A stretch of DNA of 60,687 bases from assembly GCA_038062075.1 (NCBI GenBank), contig JBBTXY010000019.1, positions 1-60,687 on the forward strand, read 5' to 3'. Below are positions 51,680 to 60,485 of this stretch, piece after piece. Below the pieces are notes generated by a model. It was not told the DNA's origin. It worked only from the letters and a program-made list of their open reading frames with translations, and searched no databases. The DNA comes from Patescibacteria group bacterium (GTDB taxonomy: Bacteria > Patescibacteriota > Minisyncoccia > Phycocordibacterales > UBA2100). Made by a program: the position numbers and the translations under genes. The stretch's first letter is position 1, and the number at the start of each line of letters is the position of its first letter.

Positions 51680-52435
51680 ATGCAGAAAATGGAAGACATG
51701 CTTGAGATAGTTGGGCTTAGCCCCAAGGAAGTACGGCTGTACGTGGCCGCGCTCAACTACGGGGATGCACCGATGTCGCTGCTTGCAAAACGAGCTGGTA
51801 TAAAACGCTCGACTGCGTATCAGGTATTCAAGGGCTTGGAAAAGCGCGGGCTTATGGGCTCTTTCAAGATGCGCGGTGGTATGCGTTTTGCCGCGATGAG
51901 CCCAGACGCGCTCTATGCACTGCGGAAGAAAGAGCTTGGGGATTTTGCATTGATATTACCGCAGCTCAAGGCACTTGAGAAGAAAAAGGGCGTGCATCCG
52001 AAAGTTTCGTATTTTGAAGGTCGGGAGGGATATCGGCTCGCTATTGAGGATTCGCTCGAAAAACCGGGCAACCTCTTGCGTACTATCGGCTCCCTCACCG
52101 AAACGTACAAGATGATGGGGGAGGAATACGATTTGAAGTATTACGTGCCGGCGCGAATCAAACAAAGCATCGGTATTAGAGCACTTCTCTTTCCGGACGT
52201 ACGCGATGACCTCGCGGGGCGTAACCACGCGGGGGAGTTGCGCGAGATCAAATGGCTGCCAAAGAAGTTTTGGTTTGAGGGCTCAAGCCTTATCTATGAC
52301 CACAAAGTGGTCATTGTGAGTGGCGTAGAAGAGATGGTAACGGTCGTTATCGAAAGTGAGACGATCGCCGAGGCAGAAAAGCAGAAGTTCGACTTGTTGT
52401 GGGAGCTAGTTGGCAGCGGTACAAAAAACGCATAG
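51680..52435 (+). CDS. TrmB-family transcriptional regulator (second paralogue)
   Basis: wHTH N-terminus (EVRLYVAALNYGDAPMSLLAKRAGIKRSTAYQVFKGLEKRGLM). Same architecture as the 8648..9433 gene. Confidence 0.7.
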   Translation: MQKMEDMLEIVGLSPKEVRLYVAALNYGDAPMSLLAKRAGIKRSTAYQVFKGLEKRGLMGSFKMRGGMRFAAMSPDALYALRKKELGDFALILPQLKALEKKKGVHPKVSYFEGREGYRLAIEDSLEKPGNLLRTIGSLTETYKMMGEEYDLKYYVPARIKQSIGIRALLFPDVRDDLAGRNHAGELREIKWLPKKFWFEGSSLIYDHKVVIVSGVEEMVTVVIESETIAEAEKQKFDLLWELVGSGTKNA

Positions 52436-52493
52436 CGCGTATCATGGTCTTCAGTCAACGCGAAGTATTCAAAAATCTCTGGCCGCTTGTTTA

Positions 52494-52531
52494 GACGATA
52501 TTGTGCGACGCCTGTGTCGCACAATATCGTC
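52494..52531. promoter_or_regulatory. perfect 16-bp-stem palindrome (terminator and/or operator) upstream of xerC/D
   Basis: GACGATATTGTGCGAC-gcctgt-GTCGCACAATATCGTC. A third half-site ATATTGTGCGAC lies at 52565-52576, and TATAAT at 52585-52590. Confidence 0.5.
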
Positions 52532-52596
52532 AGGTTTTCCGACGCTTTTGCGTTGGAATAACTTATATTGTGCGACATGCACGGTATAATTGCTGG

Positions 52597-53496
52597 ATGG
52601 CGCAGGATCTGAAGTCGCTCAAGATGCAATTTTTGGAGTACTGTGAGATTGAAAAAGGACGCTCCGTGAAGACGGTCGAGAACTATGACCATTATCTGAC
52701 GCGGTTTTTAGAGCATGCGGGAGTCAATTCACCTGCAAAACTGAATGAGACAGTTGTCCGCGAATTCCGTCTGTGGCTCAACCGCCAGCCGGGAACGGCC
52801 GGCGACATGAAAAAGAAGACGCAGAACTACTATCTCATCGCGCTCCGCGCGTTCCTCAAATACCTGCGGAAACTCGGCATCGAGTCTCTCTCCCCCGAAA
52901 AGATTGAGCTCGCAAAAGTGGGTGGTCGCGACCTCGATCTCATTACCGCCGATGAGCTTAACCGCCTCATGAAAAGTCCCGTTGGCGATTCTCTGAACGA
53001 ACTGCGCGATCGCGCGATACTGGAGTTATTGTTTTCGACGGGACTGCGTGTTTCCGAGCTCTGCTCCTTGAATGCTGACATTGACCTCACGCGCGACGAG
53101 TTTTCCGTGCGCGGTAAGGGTGACAAGGTACGGGTCGTCTTTCTCTCCCCCTCCGCGAAGAAGGCGGTCGCGGAATATCTCAAGAAGCGTGGGGACATGG
53201 GCGAAGCGCTGTTTGTCGGTTATGGTGCGAACCAAGATTCGGCGCGCCTCACCCCTCGTTCAATAGAGAGAATCGTAAAACAGCATGCCGTAAAAGCTGG
53301 CATCACACGCAAGGTTACCCCGCACACCCTGCGCCATTCTTTTGCGACCGATTTACTAGATGGTGGTGCGGACTTGCGCTCAGTTCAGGCGCTTCTAGGG
53401 CACGCGAACATTGCGACCACCCAGGTCTATACGCACGTGACCGACCGGCACCTTCGCGAGGTACACAAAAGCTTCCACGGGAAACGACGCCACTAA
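52597..53496 (+). CDS. XerC/XerD-type tyrosine recombinase
   Basis: The start is taken at MAQDLKSLKMQFLEY. SAM-like N-domain and catalytic R...HTLRHSFAT...LLGHANIATTQVYTHV. Confidence 0.9.
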   Translation: MAQDLKSLKMQFLEYCEIEKGRSVKTVENYDHYLTRFLEHAGVNSPAKLNETVVREFRLWLNRQPGTAGDMKKKTQNYYLIALRAFLKYLRKLGIESLSPEKIELAKVGGRDLDLITADELNRLMKSPVGDSLNELRDRAILELLFSTGLRVSELCSLNADIDLTRDEFSVRGKGDKVRVVFLSPSAKKAVAEYLKKRGDMGEALFVGYGANQDSARLTPRSIERIVKQHAVKAGITRKVTPHTLRHSFATDLLDGGADLRSVQALLGHANIATTQVYTHVTDRHLREVHKSFHGKRRH

Positions 53497-53516
53497 CCTT
53501 TTGCTATCATAGGGGC

Positions 53517-54317
53517 ATGAAACTCGTCTCCTGGAACGTGAACGGTTTGCGCAGCGTTCATAAAAAAGGACTCTTTACTCTTGCAGTGGAGGCTCTGAAA
53601 CCCGACATGCTGTGTCTCCAGGAGACCAAAGCAGAGAAGGGTCAGGCGGAGGTTGATCTGCCAGACTATGAAGAATATTGGAACTCGTCAACTGGCCGTA
53701 AGGGATACAGTGGTACTGCTATTTTCACGAAGATCAAGCCGCACGCGGTGTTTCTGGGATTCCCTGAAGACATCATCAAGAAATTCAGGCTTGCCGGAGA
53801 CAGCTACGGCGACCCGAATGCGGAAGGACGCGTTATCGCTGCTGAATATAGCGACTTTTTCCTGGTGAATGTTTATACACCAAATGCAAAGGAAGATCTC
53901 AGCCGGCTACAGCTCCGGCACAAGCATTGGGACCCCGCGTTCCTTGCCTACTGCAAGCAATTAGAGAAGGAGAAACCCGTTATTTTCTGTGGCGACTTGA
54001 ATGTAGCTCATACTCCCGATGATCTTGCGCATCCTAAGGAAAATGATGGCAAAAAGGGATTTACTCAAGAGGAGCGGGCGGGTATTGATGCAATAATCGC
54101 TGCTGGATTCGTTGATGCGTTTCGATTATTCACAAAGGGTGGGGGGCACTACACGTGGTGGAGCAACTTCTCGAATGCGCGGGCGCGCAACCTTGGCTGG
54201 CGTATTGACTATTTTTTCGTAAGTAAGCATTTGGCGTCAAAAGTCACAAAGGCAGAGATATATCCCCGGTTTATGGGTTCTGACCATTGTCCAATAAGTT
54301 TAGAGCTTAAAATATAG
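53517..54317 (+). CDS. xth: exodeoxyribonuclease III (AP endonuclease)
   Basis: MKLVSWNVNGLR, LCLQETK, GDLNVAH and SDHCPI motifs. Confidence 0.9.
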   Translation: MKLVSWNVNGLRSVHKKGLFTLAVEALKPDMLCLQETKAEKGQAEVDLPDYEEYWNSSTGRKGYSGTAIFTKIKPHAVFLGFPEDIIKKFRLAGDSYGDPNAEGRVIAAEYSDFFLVNVYTPNAKEDLSRLQLRHKHWDPAFLAYCKQLEKEKPVIFCGDLNVAHTPDDLAHPKENDGKKGFTQEERAGIDAIIAAGFVDAFRLFTKGGGHYTWWSNFSNARARNLGWRIDYFFVSKHLASKVTKAEIYPRFMGSDHCPISLELKI

Positions 54318-54701
54318 ATATTTCCAATAACCAGTATCTAGTAACTAGCAACCAGTTCAGGTTATCCACAGTACGTCCTTTACAATGTCCTTTACGGAGA
54401 TATTCTTTCCCCTAGGAGTCTTCGGACTCTTTCGAGGTTAGAGGTAGATAGGGAAACTTGTCTCTCAAACCAATGTCAGGTACACCGTACTCGACATGTC
54501 CCGTATCCGTGTTCTTTATAGAGTAGATTGCTGTACAAGTACCAAGCTTGCAGGGGGAATTGCATAGCAATTCCAAAACTTGGAAAAAGTACTATCGTAA
54601 CAGTCAATCAATATACTCAATTTTCGCGAACGGGAAGTAAGAAGCCGTCTTGGTGCGGCATACGGAAGAATCCGTATGTGGCACCAGGGCGGCTTTTCTT
54701 T

Positions 54702-56165
54702 TTAACTGACATGGTGTTTTTTACGCAGTTCTGCGACCGCACTTCGCTCCTCCTCTTCCCGCCTCTCCTTTCCCCCCTCCCCTATCTCTTTTAGATTCTC
54801 GTCAGAGAGCCGCAGGAGCTCCACAGCTCGTTTTTCAAGGTACTCTGAAGTGTTTTTTGCAGGATCGTCGAGAACTTCCTCGAGGAGCGCATGCAGTGTC
54901 CAGCCAAGCCGCGGCCCGGGTTTTTCTCCCCCAACCTCCATAATTCGTGTGCCATTGATTTTGAGCATTGAGACAGAAATCGGGTCGCGGAGCGCTTCGT
55001 CAACCATTGACATGTATTTGCGGAGTCGGAACGGATGTGCTTTCGGGCGGCCAGTGCCGATCCGGTCGCACACACGCGTTTTCAGGAGTTCTTGAATGTT
55101 GTCGGTACCGACGCGGGCAATCGTGCGCCGCACCGCCGAAAGCGTCACTTGGTCGGGGTCGGAGAAGAACATGTGCCATCGCACGAGAGACTCGACGGCG
55201 TCAATAGTTTCTTTCGGGAAACGCAAGTCTTTCATGATTTTCTTTGCCATACGGGCGCTGATGACGTCGTGGCCATGGAATGTCCAATCGTTCTTTTCCT
55301 CCGACCACTCGCATGTTGCGGGCTTTCCGATGTCGTGGAGGAGGGCGGCAAGCCGCACATTGAGCGACCATTTCTGGTCTGCTGCATATTGCACACAACG
55401 CAGAAGGTGCTCGAATACTTCATATGAATGCGCCTGATTCTGCTTGATGCCAATCCCTTCCTCCAATTCAGGAATGATGTGCGTTAAAATACCGAGCTTT
55501 TGAGCCATGAAAAGGGCTTGCATCGGCCGGTCGCTCTCCAGAATGCGTATAAGTTCGTCCCGTACCCGCTCGCGGGAAATCAGAGACAGTTTCTCGGCAT
55601 TGCGTGCAATTCCCTCTGCCGTTTTCCCATCAAGTGCAAAATCGAGCTCGGCCGCGATACGGATTGCTCGAAGCATGCGCAAGGCGTCTTCGGAAAAACG
55701 ATCGGTTGGCTCCCCTACCGTGACGACGAGTTTTCGTTTTAAATCGTCCGACCCCCCATGCTCATCAACTACTGTTTCAGTGACGGGGTCGTAGGCGATG
55801 GCGTTGATGGTGAAATCACGGCGCTTAAGGTCATCGGAAAGGTTATCGCTCCATGTTACCTCATCTGGATGACGCACATTTGAATACTTCCCTTCGATGC
55901 GGTAGGGCGTCACCTCGATGACCTTAAGGCGAGGATCCTCAGATTGTGTCACGACGCCGACGGTGCCATACTCGTTCTCATAGAACGTCTCCGCATAGAG
56001 CGGCTGGATTTCTTCCGGTTTTGCATTGGTGGTAATATCCCAATCTTTCGGCTCTTTTCCGAGAAGAAGATCACGGACGCAGCCGCCCACAAGATACGCC
56101 TCAAAACCCGCGTTTTTCAAGCGAGAATGGATGTCGAATACCTCCTTCGGCACATCTAATTTCAT
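54702..56165 (-). CDS. cca: CCA-adding enzyme / poly(A) polymerase-family nucleotidyltransferase with HD domain
   Basis: YLVGGCVRDLLLGKEPKDWDITT head domain, RDFTINA, and HD motif LLHDIGKP. Confidence 0.85.
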   Translation of the reverse strand: MKLDVPKEVFDIHSRLKNAGFEAYLVGGCVRDLLLGKEPKDWDITTNAKPEEIQPLYAETFYENEYGTVGVVTQSEDPRLKVIEVTPYRIEGKYSNVRHPDEVTWSDNLSDDLKRRDFTINAIAYDPVTETVVDEHGGSDDLKRKLVVTVGEPTDRFSEDALRMLRAIRIAAELDFALDGKTAEGIARNAEKLSLISRERVRDELIRILESDRPMQALFMAQKLGILTHIIPELEEGIGIKQNQAHSYEVFEHLLRCVQYAADQKWSLNVRLAALLHDIGKPATCEWSEEKNDWTFHGHDVISARMAKKIMKDLRFPKETIDAVESLVRWHMFFSDPDQVTLSAVRRTIARVGTDNIQELLKTRVCDRIGTGRPKAHPFRLRKYMSMVDEALRDPISVSMLKINGTRIMEVGGEKPGPRLGWTLHALLEEVLDDPAKNTSEYLEKRAVELLRLSDENLKEIGEGGKERREEEERSAVAELRKKHHVS

Positions 56166-56215
56166 GCGCGCATTCTAGCACCGAAGCGCATATTCAGGGT
56201 ATGATGCACCGTATT

Positions 56216-56287
56216 GCTCCCGTGGTGAAACGGATATCACAGCAGTCTTCGGAACTGCTATTCTAGGTTCGAATCCTAGCGGGAGCA
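56216..56287 (+). tRNA. tRNA-Arg (anticodon TCG)
   Basis: Hand-folded cloverleaf: acceptor GCTCCCG/CGGGAGC, D stem GTGA/TCAC, anticodon stem GCAGT/ACTGC with loop CTTCGGA, T arm CTAGG-TTCGAAT-CCTAG. 72 nt, no encoded CCA. Confidence 0.85.
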
Positions 56288-56355
56288 CACGTGTGGGGAT
56301 AGGTGAAGAAATTGCCCTCCCCTGTTTCTGCTGTATAATCACCCTGTTTTCAAAA

Positions 56356-56429
56356 GCGGGCATGGTTAAGTGGTATAATGCGTCCTTGCCAAGGACGAGT
56401 TGGGAGTTCGATTCTCCCTGCCCGCACCA
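56356..56429 (+). tRNA. tRNA-Gly (anticodon GCC), CCA encoded
   Basis: Acceptor GCGGGCA/TGCCCGC, anticodon stem CGTCC/GGACG with loop TTGCCAA, T loop TTCGATT, and 3' ACCA. Confidence 0.9.
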
Positions 56430-56679
56430 CAAGGTTTTCGATTTTTTCGATATTACTCTTGAAGAAAGAAGCCCTGGGAGCTGGAAGATGATATCTCCTA
56501 GTATGTGGAAAACTCTGGGGATATGTGGATATAGGACAGTCTTATAATCAGGCGTCTTAATGAATAATCCAGTTTTTAAGCCAGATATATGGGACACCAT
56601 CTTATACTTCCATTTCTCAGGAGCCTGTAATATGTTACTTAAGTTACGTATTTAAATGACTTTCACGTGAAAATGCATT

Positions 56680-57078
56680 ATGGCAAAGACGGAGAAAAGA
56701 AAGACAGGAGATATTGGAGAGGATGTTGCTTGCATCTTTCTTGAGCGTAAGGGATTTAGAATTGTCGAAAGGAATTATCGAAAACCATGGGGGGAGATCG
56801 ATATAGTCGCTGAAAAAGATGGAATAGTACGTTTTGTCGAAGTAAAATCCACTTCAAGAGATATGGCGGCTTTTTCACGTGAAAGTTATGGGTATAGACC
56901 AGAGGAAATGGCTACTCGGGGGAAACTCATGAAAGTTGCGAGAACAGCAGCTCTGTATATGGAAACTAAGAAAGATAGGCGAGAATACCAAATCGATGTT
57001 ATTGCTGTCTTGCTTGACCAAGAAAAAAGAGTAGCCAAGTGTCGATTTTTCGAGCAAGCTCTCGCGGATAATCTATAG
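56680..57078 (+). CDS. YraN-family (UPF0102) endonuclease
   Basis: GDIGEDVACIFLERKGFRIVERNYRKPWGEIDIVAEKDGIVRFVEVKS is the YraN signature. Confidence 0.8.
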   Translation: MAKTEKRKTGDIGEDVACIFLERKGFRIVERNYRKPWGEIDIVAEKDGIVRFVEVKSTSRDMAAFSRESYGYRPEEMATRGKLMKVARTAALYMETKKDRREYQIDVIAVLLDQEKRVAKCRFFEQALADNL

Positions 57079-57177
57079 AACATCAGTAATGGACATGTTT
57101 GTCCCTTAAGATATGTGTTAAAATCAGCCGGATTCCGGGCGTGCCTGTAGTCTCGTGTGTGGGAGCGTTCTTATTTT

Positions 57178-57248
57178 CGGGGAGTAGTATACCGGTAGTA
57201 CGCTTGGTTTGGGACCAAGTAGACCGAGTTCGATTCTCGGCTCCCCGA
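57178..57248 (+). tRNA. tRNA-Pro (anticodon TGG)
   Basis: Acceptor CGGGGAG/CTCCCCG, anticodon stem CTTGG/CCAAG with loop TTTGGGA, T arm CCGAG-TTCGATT-CTCGG. 71 nt, no encoded CCA. Confidence 0.85.
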
Positions 57249-57406
57249 AAATAAGAATGTCCAGCGGGCAGATTACTGTATTCGGAGAGGATATTGACCG
57301 AGTCCGACCTGCCCCGCCCGCCGAAGCCTCGGCGTAAGCAGGTAGCCAACCGAGCGATGCGAGGCGGTAGTACTGGGGTCTCGGCGTCCCGACCAGAATA
57401 GATAGT

Positions 57407-58573
57407 TTATCGGTTCTCGAGTTCAGTAATCAGTCTTTGGGAGAGAAGAGGGGCTTTAACCTGCATAAATTGAGCCGCTTGCGCTTTCATATCTCGAGAC
57501 AGGAACTCCTTGAGGTCTCCTGAAGTAGAATTAAGGAAGTCGCGGTTGATATATAAGAGTGTTAAAGCATGGAGATCCCGTTCTGCGGTCGTTTCGCCAT
57601 CGCTGGTGGTCGTAATGATGCCTATGAGGTGCCCCCATGCATTAACGACCGCGCCACCCGATGAACCGCTCTGTGCGAGGACCGTACTGCCCAGAGAATA
57701 GAGGTCGACAGTGTTCTCGTTGAACGTGAGAAGTTGTTGAATAACCCCTATCGCAGAGGAGGCGGAGAGAAATCCGCGAGTTGCATTCCCCCCTGAGAAT
57801 TCTGCCGGGTACGCTGCAAGGAAGACGTTGTCGTTGACCGTTGCTGTGTCTCCACGGGTATCTAGTGGCAGGAAAGGGAAAACAGGGGGAAGTGGCTCCG
57901 GGGTCGCACTTTCTGTGATGAGGAGGAGCGCGTAATCTCGCTCTCCCGTCCCCATTGGTCGGCTCTTGGTAAGGTCGGCGGCGTGTTCATCAAGCCACTG
58001 TTCGGGGAAATAGAGAATGCTGGCTTTCCAGCGGGACTGTGCGGGGGGGTCGGTTCGAATGACACAGTTCAGGTCAACCTCAGGGCGTGAGCCGAGGAGA
58101 ACATATTGAGCGACGTGGGCATTCGTGAGAATAACGCCGCGGGGATCAATAATGACGCCGGAGCCGGCAATCGGCCGTACAAGAGAGCTGGACGTGGTGC
58201 AGAGAATGTTGATCAAGGCGCTCCGTGTGAGTGTATTCAGTGCATCGTCGGAGAGCGGCGGATAGGGGTAGGAAGGCACCACTGCTGTCTCTTTGTTTTG
58301 AGCCGTATTTTGGCTATTTGCTGTGCTGTTTTGAGAGTCAGGTTGTGTGAGGCCTAGATCAGTGGGGGGCAGTTTTTCCTCTTGAGCTGGGGCTGGTTCA
58401 TCTGATTCGGATATTGCTTGTGAGGTGGCGGCGGTAAGCCCCGGTGCAGTGTCAGAAACTGTGCGTGCAGTATTTACTGCCTCAAATGAGGTTGAGAGTA
58501 TCTGGGGAAGGAACACAAAAATCACTCCAGCAATGCCGAGTAAACCAATCAGCTGCAAGAGGGTACGGATCAT
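57407..58573 (-). CDS. membrane-anchored trypsin-like (S1-family) serine protease
   Basis: The start is taken at MIRTLLQLIGLLGIAG, because the longer ORF would overlap the tRNA-Gly. GSGVIIDPRGVILTNAHV (His) and SGSSGGAVVN (Ser) motifs. Confidence 0.8.
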   Translation of the reverse strand: MIRTLLQLIGLLGIAGVIFVFLPQILSTSFEAVNTARTVSDTAPGLTAATSQAISESDEPAPAQEEKLPPTDLGLTQPDSQNSTANSQNTAQNKETAVVPSYPYPPLSDDALNTLTRSALINILCTTSSSLVRPIAGSGVIIDPRGVILTNAHVAQYVLLGSRPEVDLNCVIRTDPPAQSRWKASILYFPEQWLDEHAADLTKSRPMGTGERDYALLLITESATPEPLPPVFPFLPLDTRGDTATVNDNVFLAAYPAEFSGGNATRGFLSASSAIGVIQQLLTFNENTVDLYSLGSTVLAQSGSSGGAVVNAWGHLIGIITTTSDGETTAERDLHALTLLYINRDFLNSTSGDLKEFLSRDMKAQAAQFMQVKAPLLSQRLITELENR

Positions 58574-58642
58574 GGTTGGTGCGGGATGCCGGGAACCCCG
58601 GTGAGAAACACTTCGCGTTCTCACGGGGCAGGTCGAACCGCT

Positions 58643-58713
58643 TGCGGGATGGGAGAATCGAACTCCCGCCAACAGGTTGGAAACCTGCTGTTCTGCCATT
58701 AAACTAATCCCGC
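58643..58713 (-). tRNA. tRNA-Gly (anticodon TCC)
   Basis: Minus-strand fold: acceptor GCGGGAT/ATCCCGC, anticodon loop TTTCCAA, T arm GGGAG-TTCGATT-CTCCC. 71 nt. Confidence 0.85.
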
Positions 58714-58769
58714 CCTGTCCGGAAGATTAGGACGTGGCTCTACTCTACATGAATTGAGCATTTCATACA

Positions 58770-58791
58770 AAAACTGCCGTACGGCAGTTTT
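58770..58791 (-). terminator. rho-independent terminator of the HU gene
   Basis: AAAACTGCCG-ta-CGGCAGTTTT palindrome. On the minus strand it is followed by a T5 run. Confidence 0.6.
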
Positions 58792-58825
58792 GTATCGCTA
58801 GGAGCTATAAGCTGAAAGCTCGAAG

Positions 58826-59101
58826 CTATTTTATTGCGTCTTTGAGTGTCTTCGACGCGCGGAATTTGGGAACGCGCATCGATTTGATCTGAATAGTTGC
58901 GCCCGTGCGCGGATTCCTCCCGGTGCGGCCAGCACGCGTCTTAGCTTCGAAAATGCCGAGGCCCGCGATCGAGACTTCCTCGCCGCGCTTGAGGCAGTCG
59001 GTGATCGTGCTAATGATCGCTTCGACTGCGCGCTCTGCGTCGGCTTTCGTGGAGCCGATGGTTGCATGAACTTTGTCGACCAGATCCATTTTATTTGCCA
59101 T
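58826..59101 (-). CDS. hup: DNA-binding protein HU
   Basis: The start is taken at MANKMDLVDKV. GFGIFEAK-type motif (GLGIFEAKTRAGRTGRNPRTGATIQI). Confidence 0.9.
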   Translation of the reverse strand: MANKMDLVDKVHATIGSTKADAERAVEAIISTITDCLKRGEEVSIAGLGIFEAKTRAGRTGRNPRTGATIQIKSMRVPKFRASKTLKDAIK

Positions 59102-59174
59102 ACAAATTTGTGTATTAGAAATATGATAATGCGACCGACCAATACTCGACCATTTTGAGCCGTATTTTGGGGCT

Positions 59175-59278
59175 GTCAACCCCGTTAGAAGCCTGAACCT
59201 GAATACTTATGCTTGTCTATGGCAGCTCAACAGCAAACGCAGTAAAGTCTATTTCGCCAAGCTTCTAACGGGGTCAAT
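59175..59278. repeat. second inverted-repeat-bounded element with CCCGTTAGAA termini
   Basis: ACCCCGTTAGAAGC (59179-59192) and GCTTCTAACGGGGT (59261-59274) form a 14-bp perfect IR with a 68-nt spacer. The flanks are GTCAAC and GTCAAT. Confidence 0.45.
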
Positions 59279-59317
59279 CCTTGTCATTCCTTCACAACCC
59301 CCGTATTATTCGCACCC

Positions 59318-59890
59318 ATGGCAGTCAAAATCGGTGTCATGGGCGCCAAGGGAAGTTTCTCCGAGGAAGCTGCGCGTGTCTATGCGAAAAAGCATGCGAA
59401 TCTCAAAAAGTTCACAATCCTCTACCTCATAACGGCGGAAAACGTGCTCTCGGAACTCGAAAAGGGAGCTATAGATATCGCTATTTTTCCGATCGAGAAC
59501 TCGAACGGTGGCATCGTCATCGAGGCTGTCTACGCGATGGCCAGGCATAACTTCCGCATCAAGAAAATGTTCGATATCGACATCCACCACTGTCTCTTGG
59601 TCAAAAATGGCATCACAGCTGACGCCATTAAAACCATCGTCTCGCACGATCAGGCGCTGAAACAGTGCCGCATGTACCTGAAGCGGGCGTGGCCGAAAGT
59701 GAAGCTCCAAGAATATGCCGATACCGCAAAGGCGGCAGAGGACCTTGCGAAGGGGAAGCTCCCGAAGACGTCTGCAGTAATTGCGTCGCGTGCCGCCGCC
59801 GAGCTCTACAAACTCGGTATTTTCGAGGAGTCCATCCAAGATTTGAAGTTCAACTACACGAGTTTTATCGCTGCTGAAAAGCTGCGGTAA
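59318..59890 (+). CDS. pheA: prephenate dehydratase (catalytic PDT domain only, no ACT domain)
   Basis: IGVMGAKGSFSEEAA...FPIENSNGGIV...SHDQALKQC...TSF pattern of the PDT domain. 190 aa. Confidence 0.7.
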   Translation: MAVKIGVMGAKGSFSEEAARVYAKKHANLKKFTILYLITAENVLSELEKGAIDIAIFPIENSNGGIVIEAVYAMARHNFRIKKMFDIDIHHCLLVKNGITADAIKTIVSHDQALKQCRMYLKRAWPKVKLQEYADTAKAAEDLAKGKLPKTSAVIASRAAAELYKLGIFEESIQDLKFNYTSFIAAEKLR

Positions 59891-59892
59891 GA

Positions 59893-60231
59893 CTATGCGA
59901 AGTATTTTTGAAGCATCGTGCGGATAGCATCTTTTGTCCGCGTATCAAGGACTCCCGCTTTTTTCTCAACGAACGAGGCATCAACGCATGCGATTTTTGA
60001 CGTCCGTACGATGGATGGGATGGGCAGACCAGCTTTCTGCACATCATCAATGTCAACGTCTCCTTTCCAACCTTTTAGATGCGTGCTCGTTATCATAAGG
60101 AGCCAATAGAGTTCAATATCATCGGCCGGATTGAAAGCGGCAACGCACACTGCGGGGCGCATCTTTGAGCGAAGTTCGTCGGCAAACGGGAATGCAGTGA
60201 CGAGCACGTCCCATCTTTTATAGCGCGTCAT
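59893..60231 (-). CDS. PemK/MazF-family type II toxin
   Basis: The start is taken at MTRYKRWDVLVTAFPF...KMRPAVCV...LLMITS...GLPIPSIVRTSKIACVD. It overlaps the antitoxin by 14 nt. Confidence 0.6.
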   Translation of the reverse strand: MTRYKRWDVLVTAFPFADELRSKMRPAVCVAAFNPADDIELYWLLMITSTHLKGWKGDVDIDDVQKAGLPIPSIVRTSKIACVDASFVEKKAGVLDTRTKDAIRTMLQKYFA

Positions 60232-60445
60232 AGGCGTCGTTGGAAGGATCGTTCCACTCACTGAAGGTTGCAAACGGCACGTCAAAGACGTCGATGCGTG
60301 CATCGTTTGACTCAATCGGCACTATACGTGCCAAAGGTTTTCCAGCCCTCGCGACAGTAAACTTCTCACCGCGAAGCGCCACGCGATTCATGATCTCACC
60401 AAAGCGCTTGCGCGCCTCCATCGCCGAAAGGGTTTTCGTTGCCAT
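60218..60445 (-). CDS. Phd/YefM-like antitoxin
   Basis: 75 aa. LSAMEARKRFGEIMNRVALRGEKFTVARAGKPLARIVPIE. Located upstream of, and overlapping, the MazF-like gene. Confidence 0.6.
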   Translation of the reverse strand: MATKTLSAMEARKRFGEIMNRVALRGEKFTVARAGKPLARIVPIESNDARIDVFDVPFATFSEWNDPSNDAYDAL

Positions 60446-60485
60446 ACACTTGTCATATTAATTCTATCAATTGATAGAGTTCGTG

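Noticed and set aside
52501-52596. N-terminal extension of the xerC/D ORF from the TTG at 52501.
   Set aside because: The extension would translate the perfect palindrome and the TATAAT box. Xer-type recombinases normally begin near the MAQDLKSLKMQFLEY segment.
56175-56600. 141-aa minus-strand ORF and 84-aa plus-strand ORF (56293..56547) in the cca-yraN gap.
   Set aside because: Both run straight through tRNA-Arg and tRNA-Gly, and the region is explained by the two tRNA genes.
57258-57406. Tested as SRP (4.5S) RNA, a tmRNA 3' end, or an extra long-arm tRNA beginning GGAGAGG.
   Set aside because: There is no GGAA/GNRA-capped helix-8 motif with AGCAGCC-type loops, no T-loop (GTTCGAATC-like) and no tRNA-like 3' end. 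Only generic GC-rich stems are present, so I kept it as a low-priority finding.
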